Positions 43,866 to 57,904 of a stretch of 64,000 nt of DNA are shown one piece after another. The DNA is from Eledone cirrhosa (taxonomy: Eukaryota): assembly GCA_964016885.1 (NCBI GenBank), contig OZ024748.1, positions 12,586,001 to 12,650,000 of the forward strand, read 5' to 3'. Under the pieces are notes generated by a model. It was not told the DNA's origin. It did not search any database and saw only the letters and a program-made list of their open reading frames with translations. The position numbers and the translations under genes were made by a program. Position 1 is the first letter of the stretch. Every line of letters begins with the position of its first letter.

Positions 43866-45300
43866 TATGTATGTATGTATGTATGTATGTATGTATGTAT
43901 GTATGTATGTATGTATGTATGTATGTATGTATGTATGTATGTGCGTACGGACGTACGTATATATATATATGTATGTGTGTATGTATGTACGTACCTATGT
44001 TTGTATGCATGTGGGTGTGTGTATGTATGTATGTATGTATGTATGTATGTATGTATGTATGTATGTATGTATGTATGTATGTATGTATGTGCGTACGGAC
44101 GTACGTATATATATATATGTATGTGTGTATGTATGTACGTACCTATGTTTGTATGCATGTGGGTGTGTGTATGTATGTATGTATGTATGTATGTATGTGC
44201 GTACGGACGTACGTATATATATATGTATGTGTGTATGTATGTACGTACCTATGTTTGTATGCATGTGGGTGTGTGTATGTATGTATGTATGTATGTATGT
44301 GCGTACGGACGTACGTATATATATATGTATGTGTGTATGTATGTACGTACCTATGTTTGTATGCATGTGGGTGTGTGTATGTATGTATGTATGTATGTAT
44401 GTGCGTACGGACGTACGTATATATATATATATATGTATGTGTATATGTATGTATGTACGTATGTACGTACCTATGTTTGTATGCATGTGGGTGTGTGTAT
44501 GCATGTATGTATGTATGTATGTATGTATGTATGTATGTATGTATGTATGTATGTATGTGCGTACGGACGTACGTATATATATATGCATGTTTGTATGTAT
44601 GTACGTACCTATGTTTGTATGCATGTGGGTGTGTGTATGTATGTATGTATGTATGTGCGTACGGACGTACGTATATATATATATATGTATGTGTATATGT
44701 ATGTATGTACGTATGTACGTACCTATGTTTGTATGCATGTGGGTGTGTGTATGCATGTATGTATGTATGTATGTATGTATGTATGTATGTATGTGCGTAC
44801 GGACGTACGTATATATATATGCATGTGTGTATGTATGTACGTACCTATGTTTGTATGCATGTGGATGTGTGTATGTATGTATGTGCGTACGGACGTACGT
44901 ATATATATATATATGTATGTGTATATGTATGTATGTACGTATGTACGTACCTATGTTTGTATGCATGTGGGTGTGTGTATGCATGTATGTATGTATGTAT
45001 GTATGTATGTATGTATGTATGTATGTGCGTACGGACGTACGTATATATATATGCATGTGTGTATGTATGTACGTACCTATGTTTGTATGCATGTGGATGT
45101 GTGTATGTATGTATGTATGTATGTGCGTACGGACGTACGTATATATATATATATGTCTGTGTATATGTATGTATGTACGTATGTACGTACCTATGTTTGT
45201 ATGCATGTGGGTGTGTGTATGCATGTATGTATGTATGTATGTATGTATGTATGTATGTATGTATGTGCGTACGGACGTACGTATATATATATGCATGTGT
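43866..45300. repeat. Compound minisatellite derived from (TATG)n
   Basis: Unit marked by GTGCGTACGGACGTACG and GTACCTATGTTTGTATGCATGTGG, about 12 copies. Confidence 0.9.
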
Positions 45301-45666
45301 CACTGTCTTTATGCTCCCGTGTAATCCGACCTCTCTGTCCCTCTGTCCCTCTGTCTGTCTCTCTGCCCGTCTCTCTGTCTCTCTGTCTCTCTCTCTGTCT
45401 CTCTGTCTGTCTCTCTGTCTCTCTGTCTCTCTCTCTGTCTCTCTGTCTCTCTGTCTCTCTCTCTGTCTCTCTGTCTGTCTCTCTGTCTCTCTGTCTCTCT
45501 CTCTGTCTCTCTGTCTGTCTCTCTGTCTCTCTGTCTCTCTGTCTGTCTCTCTGTCCGTCTCTCTGTCTGTCTATCTGACTGACTGTCTGCCTGTCTGCCT
45601 GTCAGTTTATGTCAAACTGTCAAGATGTCTCGTTTCTTTTCTATATTTTAAAAAGTTTATTATATG

Positions 45667-45795
<129 letters not shown>

Positions 45796-46212
45796 GATTG
45801 TGGTGGTGCTGGTGTCAGTGGTGATAGTGAAGATGCTGGTATTGGTGGTGGTGGTGGTGGTGTTGATGGTGTCGATGGTGGTGCTGTTGGTGGTGGTAGT
45901 GTTGTTGTTGTTGTTGGTGGTGGTGGTAGTGTTGGTGGTGGTAGTGTTGGTGGTGGTACTGTGCCAAATGTATGTTCATATGAGTTTTACCATCATTTAA
46001 TTAAACACATACACACTCACAAATATACGCACAAACACACATAATACATACACATACACGTATATACATACATACTTGCATGCATACAAACATATATACC
46101 ATACATACATACATACATGCATACATGCATACATGCATACATGCATACATACATACATATATACATACATTCACTCATGCATACACACAAACATACATAC
46201 ATACAACATACA

Positions 46213-46246
<34 letters not shown>

Positions 46247-46789
46247 CATACATTCACTCATGCATACATGCAAACATACATACATACATACATACATGCA
46301 TACATACATATAAACATACATTCACTCGTGCATACATACATACAAACATACATACATACATACATACAAACATACATACATACACACATACATACATACA
46401 TACATACATACATACATGCATACAAACATACATACATACATACATACATACATGTACGTATACATACATACAACCGTCTATACACATTCACATTATTTAC
46501 ATAAACACAACCGATTCGCAACTGTGTGATCTGAGTTTAAATCTCGCCTGCTTCTGCCAGGAGTTGTTACCAGCAAACAACAGGATGGTACTACTTAACT
46601 AACAGCTTATCAACATATTAACGGAACTACTTACACGTTATTGTGTAAGCATCTGATGATATCACACCAGTGCCTGTTAATGATGTAAGCATTACACATA
46701 AATATATATAAATACATACATGATGGCTTCAAACTCTGCTAAGAGTACTGCAATCACTTGTCAGATTATAGAGTTTGGTGCACTTTTAG

Positions 46790-47210
46790 GCTATGGCCAG
46801 TCAGACGAACTTGTAACATATCCTGGACAAGCAATGCCTGTGCTTTGAAAGGTTTTTAAGTGGGGAAAGGCCTTGCACTCAACCAATCCCACTCTCTGAG
46901 CATCGAAAACACTACCCGAAAAGGCGGACTGGTCAACTTAACCAGATGCTTCCGAAGCCGCAGGTATTTTTTCAGAGTTTCCCTCTCATAGAAAGGTGTT
47001 GTGACAACAACTGGGGGCCTTTCACTCCCCGGTTACAAAAAAAAGGTAATATTTGGGTGGCCGTGGACTCTGCTGAGTTCCTCCGCCCTTTGCCGGCTCT
47101 TGTATTTCATCTCGCAGGGTGTCCACATATCACCCTCTCACAAAGCAAACTTGGTGGGGTTGCCGGTTTAGTCGCCGACGACCCAACCACGAGACAGGTT
47201 GTACTGGGTT
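46790..47210 (+). mobile_element. Degenerate interspersed repeat, related to 52560-52930
   Basis: AAGCAATGCCTGTGCT.TGAA and AAAGGC..TGCAC...CCA.TCCCACTCTCT are shared with the reverse complement of 52655-52725. Confidence 0.5.
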
Positions 47211-47222
47211 ACATACATATAT

Positions 47223-47351
<129 letters not shown>

Positions 47352-47466
47352 TAAATCATGATGGATGGATTCAGTAAGAAACTGGTTAGACCACTACTCA
47401 CCAGAGTACTCGATACTTTGGGGTAGTAGAGTAAGATTATATGAAAGAGTTAGGAACCCCCGTGTA

Positions 47467-47537
47467 TGCCGTTTCAACAGCTAGTTCCAGACTCTGGAAC
47501 TAGCTGTTGAAACGGCAAGAGCTCAGCCGTCGGGACC
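47467..47537 (+). other. 25-bp-arm palindrome overlapping the 3' half of an HHR-like motif
   Basis: Arms 47467-47491/47493-47517; GAAA-CGGC-AAGAGCTCA-GCCG-TC at 47509-47531; no CUGANGA. Confidence 0.5.
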
Positions 47538-47628
47538 TGACTAATATCGTATATATATCGTTTAATATCGTATATATATATACGATATTAAACAAATGGA
47601 AACTATATTTATAAAACCATATTTATTT

Positions 47629-47687
47629 CATTATACATATTTCAGGGATACCATATTAAAAATATGGCATGCCTTCTTCAGATAAAA
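47629..47687 (-). ncRNA. Degenerate hammerhead-like motif with long stem II
   Basis: Minus strand TTAT-CTGAAGA-AGG-C-ATGCCATATT-TTT-AATATGGTAT-C-CCT-GAAA-TATG-T-ATAA; cleavage-site spacing is one nucleotide short. Confidence 0.5.
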
Positions 47688-47929
47688 TACAATATATAAG
47701 CAGTTTTATAAATAAATTTGACGTACCATAAAATATTGATCAACTTCCATTTAAAAAAGTTGGTTTGGTATGTTAAGACAAATGTTGTATTGATATGATT
47801 GTATTTACTACCTTATACGTATTTCAATGACACAGTGGGTGGTTATTATGTAATGGGGTTCTGGTCAAATTGATTTTATTCTATTCTATTTAAATGAATG
47901 AATGTTTGTATGTATGTATGGTACGTAAG

Positions 47930-48056
47930 ATCTTGTAACTCCTGATAGAGTCGTAGGAGCGCCGTATTGACATACGGCGGGCATTTTAAACCTGGTAGAA
48001 CCCAACCGATCCCTCTCCAGGGCTGAGCACAGCAGATTTCTTCCAGAGAAAGATAG

Positions 48057-48146
<90 letters not shown>

Positions 48147-48415
48147 CGAGAAAATGATATAGAGGAAGAATCGCCCCCAGTACGAGAGAGAGAGAGAGAG
48201 AGAGGAAACGAGAAAATGATATAGAGGAAGAATCGCCCCCAGTACTCCACTTCGACTTCGAAAGGATGAAAAGCAAAGTTGACCTCGGCGGGATTTGAAC
48301 TCAAAGAACAGATAGTCGAAACGAATAGCACATTCTACATAACGTTGTGACGACTTTGCCAACTCTCTGCCTATAACAGTGTAGAGTTCTGATCAAATTG
48401 ATTTTATTCTATTTA
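47930..48415 (-). mobile_element. Composite repeat (SINE subfamily plus unknown 3' module), inverted paralog of 35393-35993
   Basis: AAATAGAATAAAATCAATTTGATCAGAACTCTACACTGTTATAGGCAGAGAGTTGGCAAA identical in both; GGAAGAAATCTGCT...TCAGGAGTTACA shared. Confidence 0.75.
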
Positions 48416-48620
48416 AGTGAAGAAATATATTAAAAACATTTAGATACTGTCTGAAAATATAAGGAAGTATTATAGACAGAATTTTTGTATTATAGTTGTG
48501 ACTAGTGTTTTCATCTCTTGACAGTAGTCCGACGATACATTAGTTTTCCTTTTCAATATGTATGTATGTATCTATGTATGTATGTATGTATGTATGTATG
48601 TATGTATGTATGTATGTATG

Positions 48621-48651
<31 letters not shown>

Positions 48652-48961
48652 GTAAGTATGTATGTATGTATGTATGTATGTATGTATGTATGCATGTATG
48701 TATGTATGTATTTATGTATTTATGTATGTATTTATGTATGTATGTATTTATGTATGCATGTATGTATGTATGTATGTATGCATGTGTGTATGTATGTATG
48801 TATGTATTTATGTATGTATGTATGCATGTGTGTATGTATGTATGCATGTGTGTATGTATGCATGTATGTATGTATGTACGTATGTATTTATGTGTTTATG
48901 TGTTGTATGTATGTATGCATATATGTATGTGTGTATCTATGTATATATATATATATATATA

Positions 48962-49020
<59 letters not shown>

Positions 49021-49075
49021 TATATATATAAATATATATATACATATATATATATATAACATATATATACATATA

Positions 49076-49147
<72 letters not shown>

Positions 49148-49186
49148 ACACACACACACACATAAATATATATACGCATATGTATA

Positions 49187-49219
<33 letters not shown>

Positions 49220-49238
49220 AATATATATATGTATATAT

Positions 49239-49356
<118 letters not shown>

Positions 49357-49636
49357 ATACACATATATACATATATATTCATTTACATAGATAGAGCTTG
49401 TATATAAATAAATTTAAAATGAAATTGTATATTATTATGTGGCGAGAAGAAAAGAGAAGAAAACTGTGAGATGTAATAAATACCATAAAAATGGAAGAAG
49501 CAGACGACGATGAGAAATAAATAAGGAAAGAACAAACAGTAAAAGGTGATAGAAAAAAGAATGGAGAAATATAGTGATAGTAATAAAAATATGATAATGA
49601 TAATGACGATGTTGACAATAGTAATAATTGTAATAA

Positions 49637-49675
<39 letters not shown>

Positions 49676-49803
49676 GGGGACTAATAATAGTAGTAGTAGT
49701 AATAATGATAGTAGTAGTAGTAGTAATAAGATTAGTAGTAGTAATAGTAGTAAAAATAGTAGTAGTAGTAGTAGGAGTAATAATAATAATAATAATAATA
49801 ATT

Positions 49804-49836
<33 letters not shown>

Positions 49837-50449
49837 ATAATAATATTATTAATAATCGTTGCTTTATTAGATACACAGGGTTTACATTAAGAAGAAATAA
49901 AGACGGTACATGATTGTAAAGTAGAGTGTTGGTTTTTTATGTGAAAGAAAAAAATATTAATAATGATAACAAATAAATTGTAATAAAATAGGTAGCTTAT
50001 ATTATTACTATGTATATACAATAGATATTGTAGACTAGTGAGATTGTATTGTAAACCTTTTACACCTAATTCTCAGTCTCTTACTGAAAAACACTCTCCA
50101 CTCTCGCTCTCGCCTCCTATTCTCGCTTCTGCTCTCATTCCTGTTTATATGGTAGTTCTTTCTATAATTTGTAATGTCTCATTTTGTATCTAGCTCTCCG
50201 TCTCTGTTTTATATACATATTCATACACAGAGACACAAGCCTATAAGGCAAGCCTATACACATACATACACACAGATAATTAGGTTTTTTATTTTATTAT
50301 ATAGTATTATGTATATGTTTGCAAAAATATACATATACACACATTCCTACATACAAACACTACACAGACACACTCACATATATATGTATATATTGATTCT
50401 TCTAAAATACACACTTTCATATACAGTAACACAAGCACACACGCATACA

Positions 50450-50564
<115 letters not shown>

Positions 50565-50598
50565 GTATATATATATATATGTGTATATATATATTATA

Positions 50599-50647
<49 letters not shown>

Positions 50648-50824
50648 GAAAAGAAAAATGACTAATTTTTCCTTAATATTATATATAGATATATATTTTA
50701 TCAGTGAATCCTGAAAAGTATTTGGCCAACGCTGTATCCTATTTTAGTTGGTGAATAAATGACAATAGATATAAATATATAGGATTGTAGTGCATCATAA
50801 TGTCTTCATTGAGTTTATTAGGAA

Positions 50825-51632
50825 GCAAGCAACAGGCTGAAATAAGCTGAAATAAGTTACAATGTACAGCAATAAGACACGATAAGAAGCTATAAGCAGT
50901 AAAAAGAAACTATAAACAGCAGGAAGTAGCTATAAAAAATTATATGAAGCTATACGATGCAATACAGGAACAAGCAACAATAATTCTATATGAGAAATGA
51001 TAAGAAACAAGATGCAGAATTCAGCAGTAATAGGCTGCTATAAGTAGCTAAAAGAAACAACAAGCAGAGATAAACAGCAATACGTAGCAACAAACAGCGA
51101 TATGATACAGTAAGCAAACATATGCAACAATAAATAGCAAGAACAAGCTGCAATAAGTAGCTATATACAACAATAAGAAACAGGAAGCTGTAAGTAGCTA
51201 AAAGTAGTAATAAGAAGCTACACAAAGCTATAAGATGCAATAGGCAGAAATATGTAGCAATAAGTAGCTATATGCAGCAATAAGATGCAATAGACAGAAA
51301 TAAGCATCCATATGTAGCTATAAGCAGAAATAAGCAGCAATATATATGCAGCAATAAGCTGAAATAAGTTGCAATAAGTTGCTATATGTAGCAATAAGTA
51401 GCAACAGACAACGATAAGTTACTATAAGCAAAAATATGCAACAATCAGTGGCTATATACAGGAACAAGCTGGAATAAACAGCAATTTGCAGCAATAAGAA
51501 ATACGAAAATGCTACAAGCAGCTTTAAGATGCAATAAGATGCAATAAGCAACTATATGCAGCAATAAGTAGTTATAAAGAACAACATGCAGTAACAAGAA
51601 GCAATAAGCTGAAATAAGTAGCGATAAGCTGT
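50825..51632. repeat. Degenerate short-period repeat (GCAATAAG/TAGCTATA)
   Basis: Seen directly. Confidence 0.75.
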
Positions 51633-52080
51633 AATCGCTCTGATCTATCGACAAGATCCCAGACCTCATTCACTTGCCGAGTGGGGTGGACCTCGTCTGA
51701 TCGAACCAAAGAAACGATTGCTGATAGGGCGGTGGATTGGCAGTATTGGTAGAGGGTCGGACACCATGCTTTGCAGCAAAGAGTTACGTCCCTTTATGGT
51801 CTGAGTTCAAATCCCGCCGAGGTTAACTTTGCCTTTCATCCTTACGAGGTCGATAAAATAAAGCACCAGTAATACACTGGGATAATTGCTGGCCTTGTGC
51901 CTAAAGTAGAAACAATTATTGCTGATACTATCTTATCTACTGGTGACAACTCCCGGCAGAAGGAGCAACGTGAAATAAAGTGTCTTGCTGAAGGACATAA
52001 CACATCGTCTTGTCCGGGAATTGAACTCGGAACCTCTCTATTGCGAGTCCAGTTCTCTAACCACTCAGTCACACACCTTC
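51630..52080 (-). mobile_element. SINE family 2 interrupted by a family 1 insertion
   Basis: Head at 51962-52080; body matches the reverse complement of 37020-37072 across the insertion point. Confidence 0.75.
51727..51917 (+). mobile_element. SINE family 1, full length, with 10-bp TSD
   Basis: TSD ATTGCTGATA at 51717-51726 and 51918-51927. Confidence 0.9.
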
Positions 52081-52559
52081 AGAAGCTGTAATAAGAGTCT
52101 ATAAAAAGCAATAAAAGGCAAGAGTCTCCTATGAATATTATCAGCGCCAACAGGGAATATCTTATATTTATCGGTAGAATGTGTTGAATACGACGTATTA
52201 ATATGTAGCTAGACAGGGTATTTGGCACCATACTCGAGCATGTAATGACTATATATGTGTGTATAAATGTATGTATGTATGTTATTATCTCTTTCTCTTA
52301 ATTTCGAGTATATTTTTTGACCGGCCACCTTCCTGGTGGCAAGGTTGTAAAGGAAATGAAATTGTCATCCCTTGAATCGTAAGAATGTTTTGCAAATTTT
52401 GAAGGTGCCAGCTATCGCAGCCATTTGTAGACTATGAATTAGGGAGCTGCGCTCTATGTATGTATGTATGTATGTATGTATGTATGTATGTATGTATGTA
52501 TGTATGTATGTATGTATGTATGTATGAGATGACCCCTTAGCCTTTGTCAAGGCAGAATT

Positions 52560-52930
52560 CTAGGAGAAGGAAAACTCTGATATAACACCTGCAACCCTGA
52601 TGGTATCCAATGATGTTGAATTGTTCTTCTTTTTGGTAAATATCATCTTGGTTAAGAGAGTGGGACTGGCTTTGTGCAGTGCCTTTGCTCACTATAAAAG
52701 CTTCACAGCACAGGCATTGCTTTGTATCTGGAGATCTCTCTGCACTTGTCGTCACATGGTACCATGGGCCCAGCACTATGTGTCAATAATTGTCACAAGT
52801 GTAGTGTTTGTACCAGAGTTTTCAAGTCGCTGGCTGGACTAAAAAGTCACACTCGTTCAGCGCATCGGTAGGGGTTCTCCTACATGGATATAAAGTAGTG
52901 GCCGTACTCGAAAACGAGTTGGCAGGCACC
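52560..52930 (-). mobile_element. Degenerate interspersed repeat in (TATG)n
   Basis: Similar to 46790-47210. Confidence 0.45.
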
Positions 52931-53696
52931 ATGTATGTATGTATGTATGAATGTATGTATGTATGTATGTATGTATGTATGTATGTATGTATGTATGTAT
53001 GTATGTATATTTGATTGTATGTAATGCGTACGTACGTAAGTACGTATGTATGTGTGTATATATGTATGTATATATCTATGCATATATGTATGTGTCATTT
53101 GTGTGTGTGTGTGTATATATGTGTGTGTATGCATGTATACGTATATAGGTATATATTTGTTTGTATGCATTCTGTATGTATATATATATATGCATATGTA
53201 TATGTATATGTATATGCATATGTGCATGTATACGTATGTATGTATTATATATGTATGTGTATATGTATATATGTATATATATATGTGCATATGTATATGT
53301 ATATGTATATGTATATACATATGTACATGTATATGTGTATATGTATGCATGTATATATATATGCAAGTATATATGTAAGTATGTATATATGTATATATGT
53401 ATGTATATTTAGACATGTTTTGTAAAAACAACAACACCAATACGACCATCTCTTTCCAACACTTGTTTAGTAGTAATATAGAATTAATAGTCATTATATA
53501 ATATAAACCATAATTGGTGTATATACATCTACACATGCAAGGTAACACACACTTATATACACACATAGATTAATGTGTAGATACATACATACAAACATAA
53601 TTGGTGTATATACATAAACACAGACGCACATGCATACATAATATATGCATATATATATGCACTTGACACATAGAAACACACACACATATATATATG

Positions 53697-53728
<32 letters not shown>

Positions 53729-53889
53729 TATGTATATATATATATATATACATGTATGTATATATATATATATATATATATATGCATAGATATATAGACA
53801 CTAAAATACATCCGTATTAATTTTTATTTATTCTTCACCCACATATAGTTAAACACACACACACATATATATATACATACATAAATATA

Positions 53890-55530
53890 TGCATAAATAT
53901 ACAGATAAATATATACATATATACATACACCCACTAAAACGCAAACACACGCACACATACATACTTATTCATAAATACACACAAATATATACATATATAC
54001 ATACACCCACACAAACACAAACAGACATACAGAGGCACATACACACATATATACACACATTTATTCATATACAAACACAAATATATACATTTATATACAC
54101 ACACCCACACAAATACAAACACACGTACACATACATACTTATTTATAAACACACACAAATACATACATATACAAATACACCCACACAAACACAAACAGAC
54201 ATACAGAGGCACATACACACATATATACACACATATATGCACGCATATATACACGCATATATACACACATATATCCATATATAAATACACCTACACACAT
54301 ACACATACATACATATTCATATACAAACACATATATGCATATACACATACACCCACTCAAACACACATAGACATACAGAGGCACATACACACCTATATAC
54401 GCACACATATATACATATTCATACATACACAAATATATACATATACACATACATCCACACAAGCACAACGCACATATAGAGGCACATACACACACATATA
54501 TACATATTCATACATACACCCACACAAACACAAACAGACATACAGAGGCAGATTCACGCATACACACACACATATATATACATATTCATACATACACAAA
54601 TATATACATATACACATACATCCACACAAGCACAACACACATATAGAGGCACATACACACACATATATACATATTCATACATACACCCAGACAAACACAA
54701 ACAGACATACAGAGGCAGATACACACCTATACACACACATATATATACATATTCATGCATACACCCACACAAACACAAACAGACATACAGAGGCAGATAC
54801 ACGCATATACACACATATATATATACATATTCATACATACACAAATATATACATATACACATACATCCACACAAGCACAACATACATATAGAGGCACATA
54901 CACACACACATATATACACACACACATATATATACACACACACATATATACATATTCATACATACACCCATACAAACACAAACAGACATACAGAGGCAGA
55001 TACACGCATATACACACATATATATATATATACATATTCATACATACAGAAATATATACATATACACATACATCCACACAAGCACAACACACATATAGAG
55101 GCACATACACACACACATATATACACACACACATATATACACACAAACATATATACATATTCATACATACACCCAGACAAACACAAACATACATACAGAG
55201 GCACATACACACCTATACACACCTATACACACACATATATATACATATTCATACATACACCCATAAAAACACAAACAGACATACAGAGGCAGATACACGC
55301 ATATACACACATATATATATATATATACATATTCATACATACAGAAATATATACATATACACATACATCCACACAAGCACAACACATATATAGAGGCACA
55401 TACACACACACATATATACACACACACATATATACATATTCATACATACACCCAGACAAACACAAACAGACATACAGAGGCACATACACACCTATACACA
55501 CACATATATATACATATTCATACATACACA
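53890..55530. repeat. Higher-order CA/TA-derived minisatellite
   Basis: Recurrent CAAACACAAACAGACATACAGAGGCA and CATCCACACAAGCACAAC subunits. Confidence 0.9.
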
Positions 55531-56402
55531 ACATATTACGATAGTTTTATTGTTTATGTAAATATAGACTTACTCACCATCAAAAATTTTATGATTTATA
55601 TTAAATCAACGATTAGATTAGGTTTTCAAAATATATTGATAATTAATCACATTCTAACCAATTACAAGAGTGGAACAGTGCAGATCGATATAGAAAATAA
55701 CGCCGTTTCGATCCCCAGTGGAAAACAATAAAAGAGAATTAAATTTGTCTGATGTGAAATTTCAGCCGAGAGAGTCGGAACAATTATTACAAGGGAATCT
55801 TGTCTTAAGTTATATCACTGCACCGAATTCGTCACATTAACCAAGGATTATATAAATATATAAATCTTTTGTATTACTATCTCTGCAACGAAGGAAAGAC
55901 GTTCAACTGATGCAGGGGTGATATGAACTCACAGAACAAACATGGATAGAAGAGACAGGTAACCACATGGCTATGTCATCGCAAATAGTCGATAATGAAT
56001 GAAGTTAATTAGCAAGGCAGATATTTTTAACAGTTGATTTCTGCAGTATCAATTAATTAAGATTATATGGCTAAAACCTAATTAGAATCGAAAGATTATA
56101 GTAATTAATCAGCAGAAGGAAATTAATGATAATCATTGGCTTTTCTCAGGCACAAGGCCATTTATGTAAAGGTGTTGGATGATGGTAATGAGATGGGACA
56201 CGGTTTGACCGACACGGGTAGATTACTGGTACTAAATGCATGCATGCATAGTCCCGTAGTCCCCAAAGTAGTCGTAGCAACGCCGTACGGGTATATGGCG
56301 TTTCTAGGGCATATTTTAAAAAAACCAGGTGCACCCCATCTTCTCTCCATGTCTGAATACAGTTTAGAGGAAGGTTTGTTTTAAAAGCCTACATATTAGA
56401 TA

Positions 56403-56507
<105 letters not shown>

Positions 56508-57094
56508 ATATATATATATATATAGTGAAAGAATGCAGAGTAACATGGTTGGCTGTACAACAAGGGGCTTTATTTCAGGTATTGACAATTGTTTCATTGA
56601 TCAGGTGAGTCTAAAAGATATATATAACCATATGTGCCTCTCTCATCAATTTAAGCCCAAAACGAATGAAAAATATAATAGCAAAACTTATCTTTGATAA
56701 TTAATCAATACTATGGACTTAAAAGTCGAAATCTTTATCCTAACATTTACTTTATGAAAGTTCCTATTCAAACGTTAAGAACCTTCAAGTTATAGTGCAA
56801 TTAGACGTTATATTAACAATATCACTTAAAATATATGAGAATCTTTCCGTTCAGTGGAGGCAGACCTCTCATCTGGGATGCCGTATATTCTGACACAATC
56901 TTGAGCGGCAACCTGGTGCATTCGGCTACCAGCCCAGGCTCGGGTGTAGTGGTTAACTTGGCATAAAACATTATACATATTTCAATGGTCAGATTACGTA
57001 AGACACAGACCATTGAAATATACAGTCTTTTATGCAAAATTAAAACATTAAAGGGATACTTCCAGTCAGACTGGCCTTCTGTTATTTTAATTAA

Positions 57095-57167
<73 letters not shown>

Positions 57168-57904
57168 TATCTGTATATATATATATTGCATATTAGTTTA
57201 ACAATGATAACAAAAGCAAGTTATTTTACATATTTCATCCATTGTAATACGATCGTTTCGGAGGGTTGATCATATTGATATATTGAGTTCTAACTACGGT
57301 TAAGGCCTTACCACGAAAGGGAGTCCACGTTGTATATATATATATATATATATATATAAGCATTATACAAAATTTACTTAAATGAATACACACATATATA
57401 TTTTACATATATTACACAAATACACAGACACACATACACACATACACACATACACACATACACACAGACACACATACACACGTACACACAGAGACACGTA
57501 CACACACAGTCAGACTAACACTGACACACACATATATATGAATCATACATTACACAGATATATGTATCATACATAGATATATAATACTCCTTTTTTTTCT
57601 CTACACCAAACATTTCTTTCCGTCCCTCACCACAGAGACTTTCCACATCCCCTAATTCTCTCACTGGCAGTCTAAACAACCCCATGTAGATCCTTTAAAC
57701 GTCTCTCTCCACAGTTCCACAACTCTCTACAGAAAACCAGCCTGGGGTGTTTACTACCTCCTCGCACTTTCTACAGCCAAGACATACTGCCCCCCCCCCC
57801 CCCGCCATCACAGGTTAAACACACAACATCGCTATATTTCTCCTGTCATTTTGTTCTTACTTTTCTTCTCTCTCTTCTCCTGTCCTCTCCATTCTTATAA
57901 CCCC

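Noticed and set aside
46650-46690. CTGATGA as a hammerhead core
   Set aside because: No stem II or GAAA follows; the same applies to the minus-strand hits near 31576 and 32987
56136-56384. 82-aa ORF with ordinary composition
   Set aside because: Built from a SINE-tail fragment plus the repeat module also seen at 47930-48045
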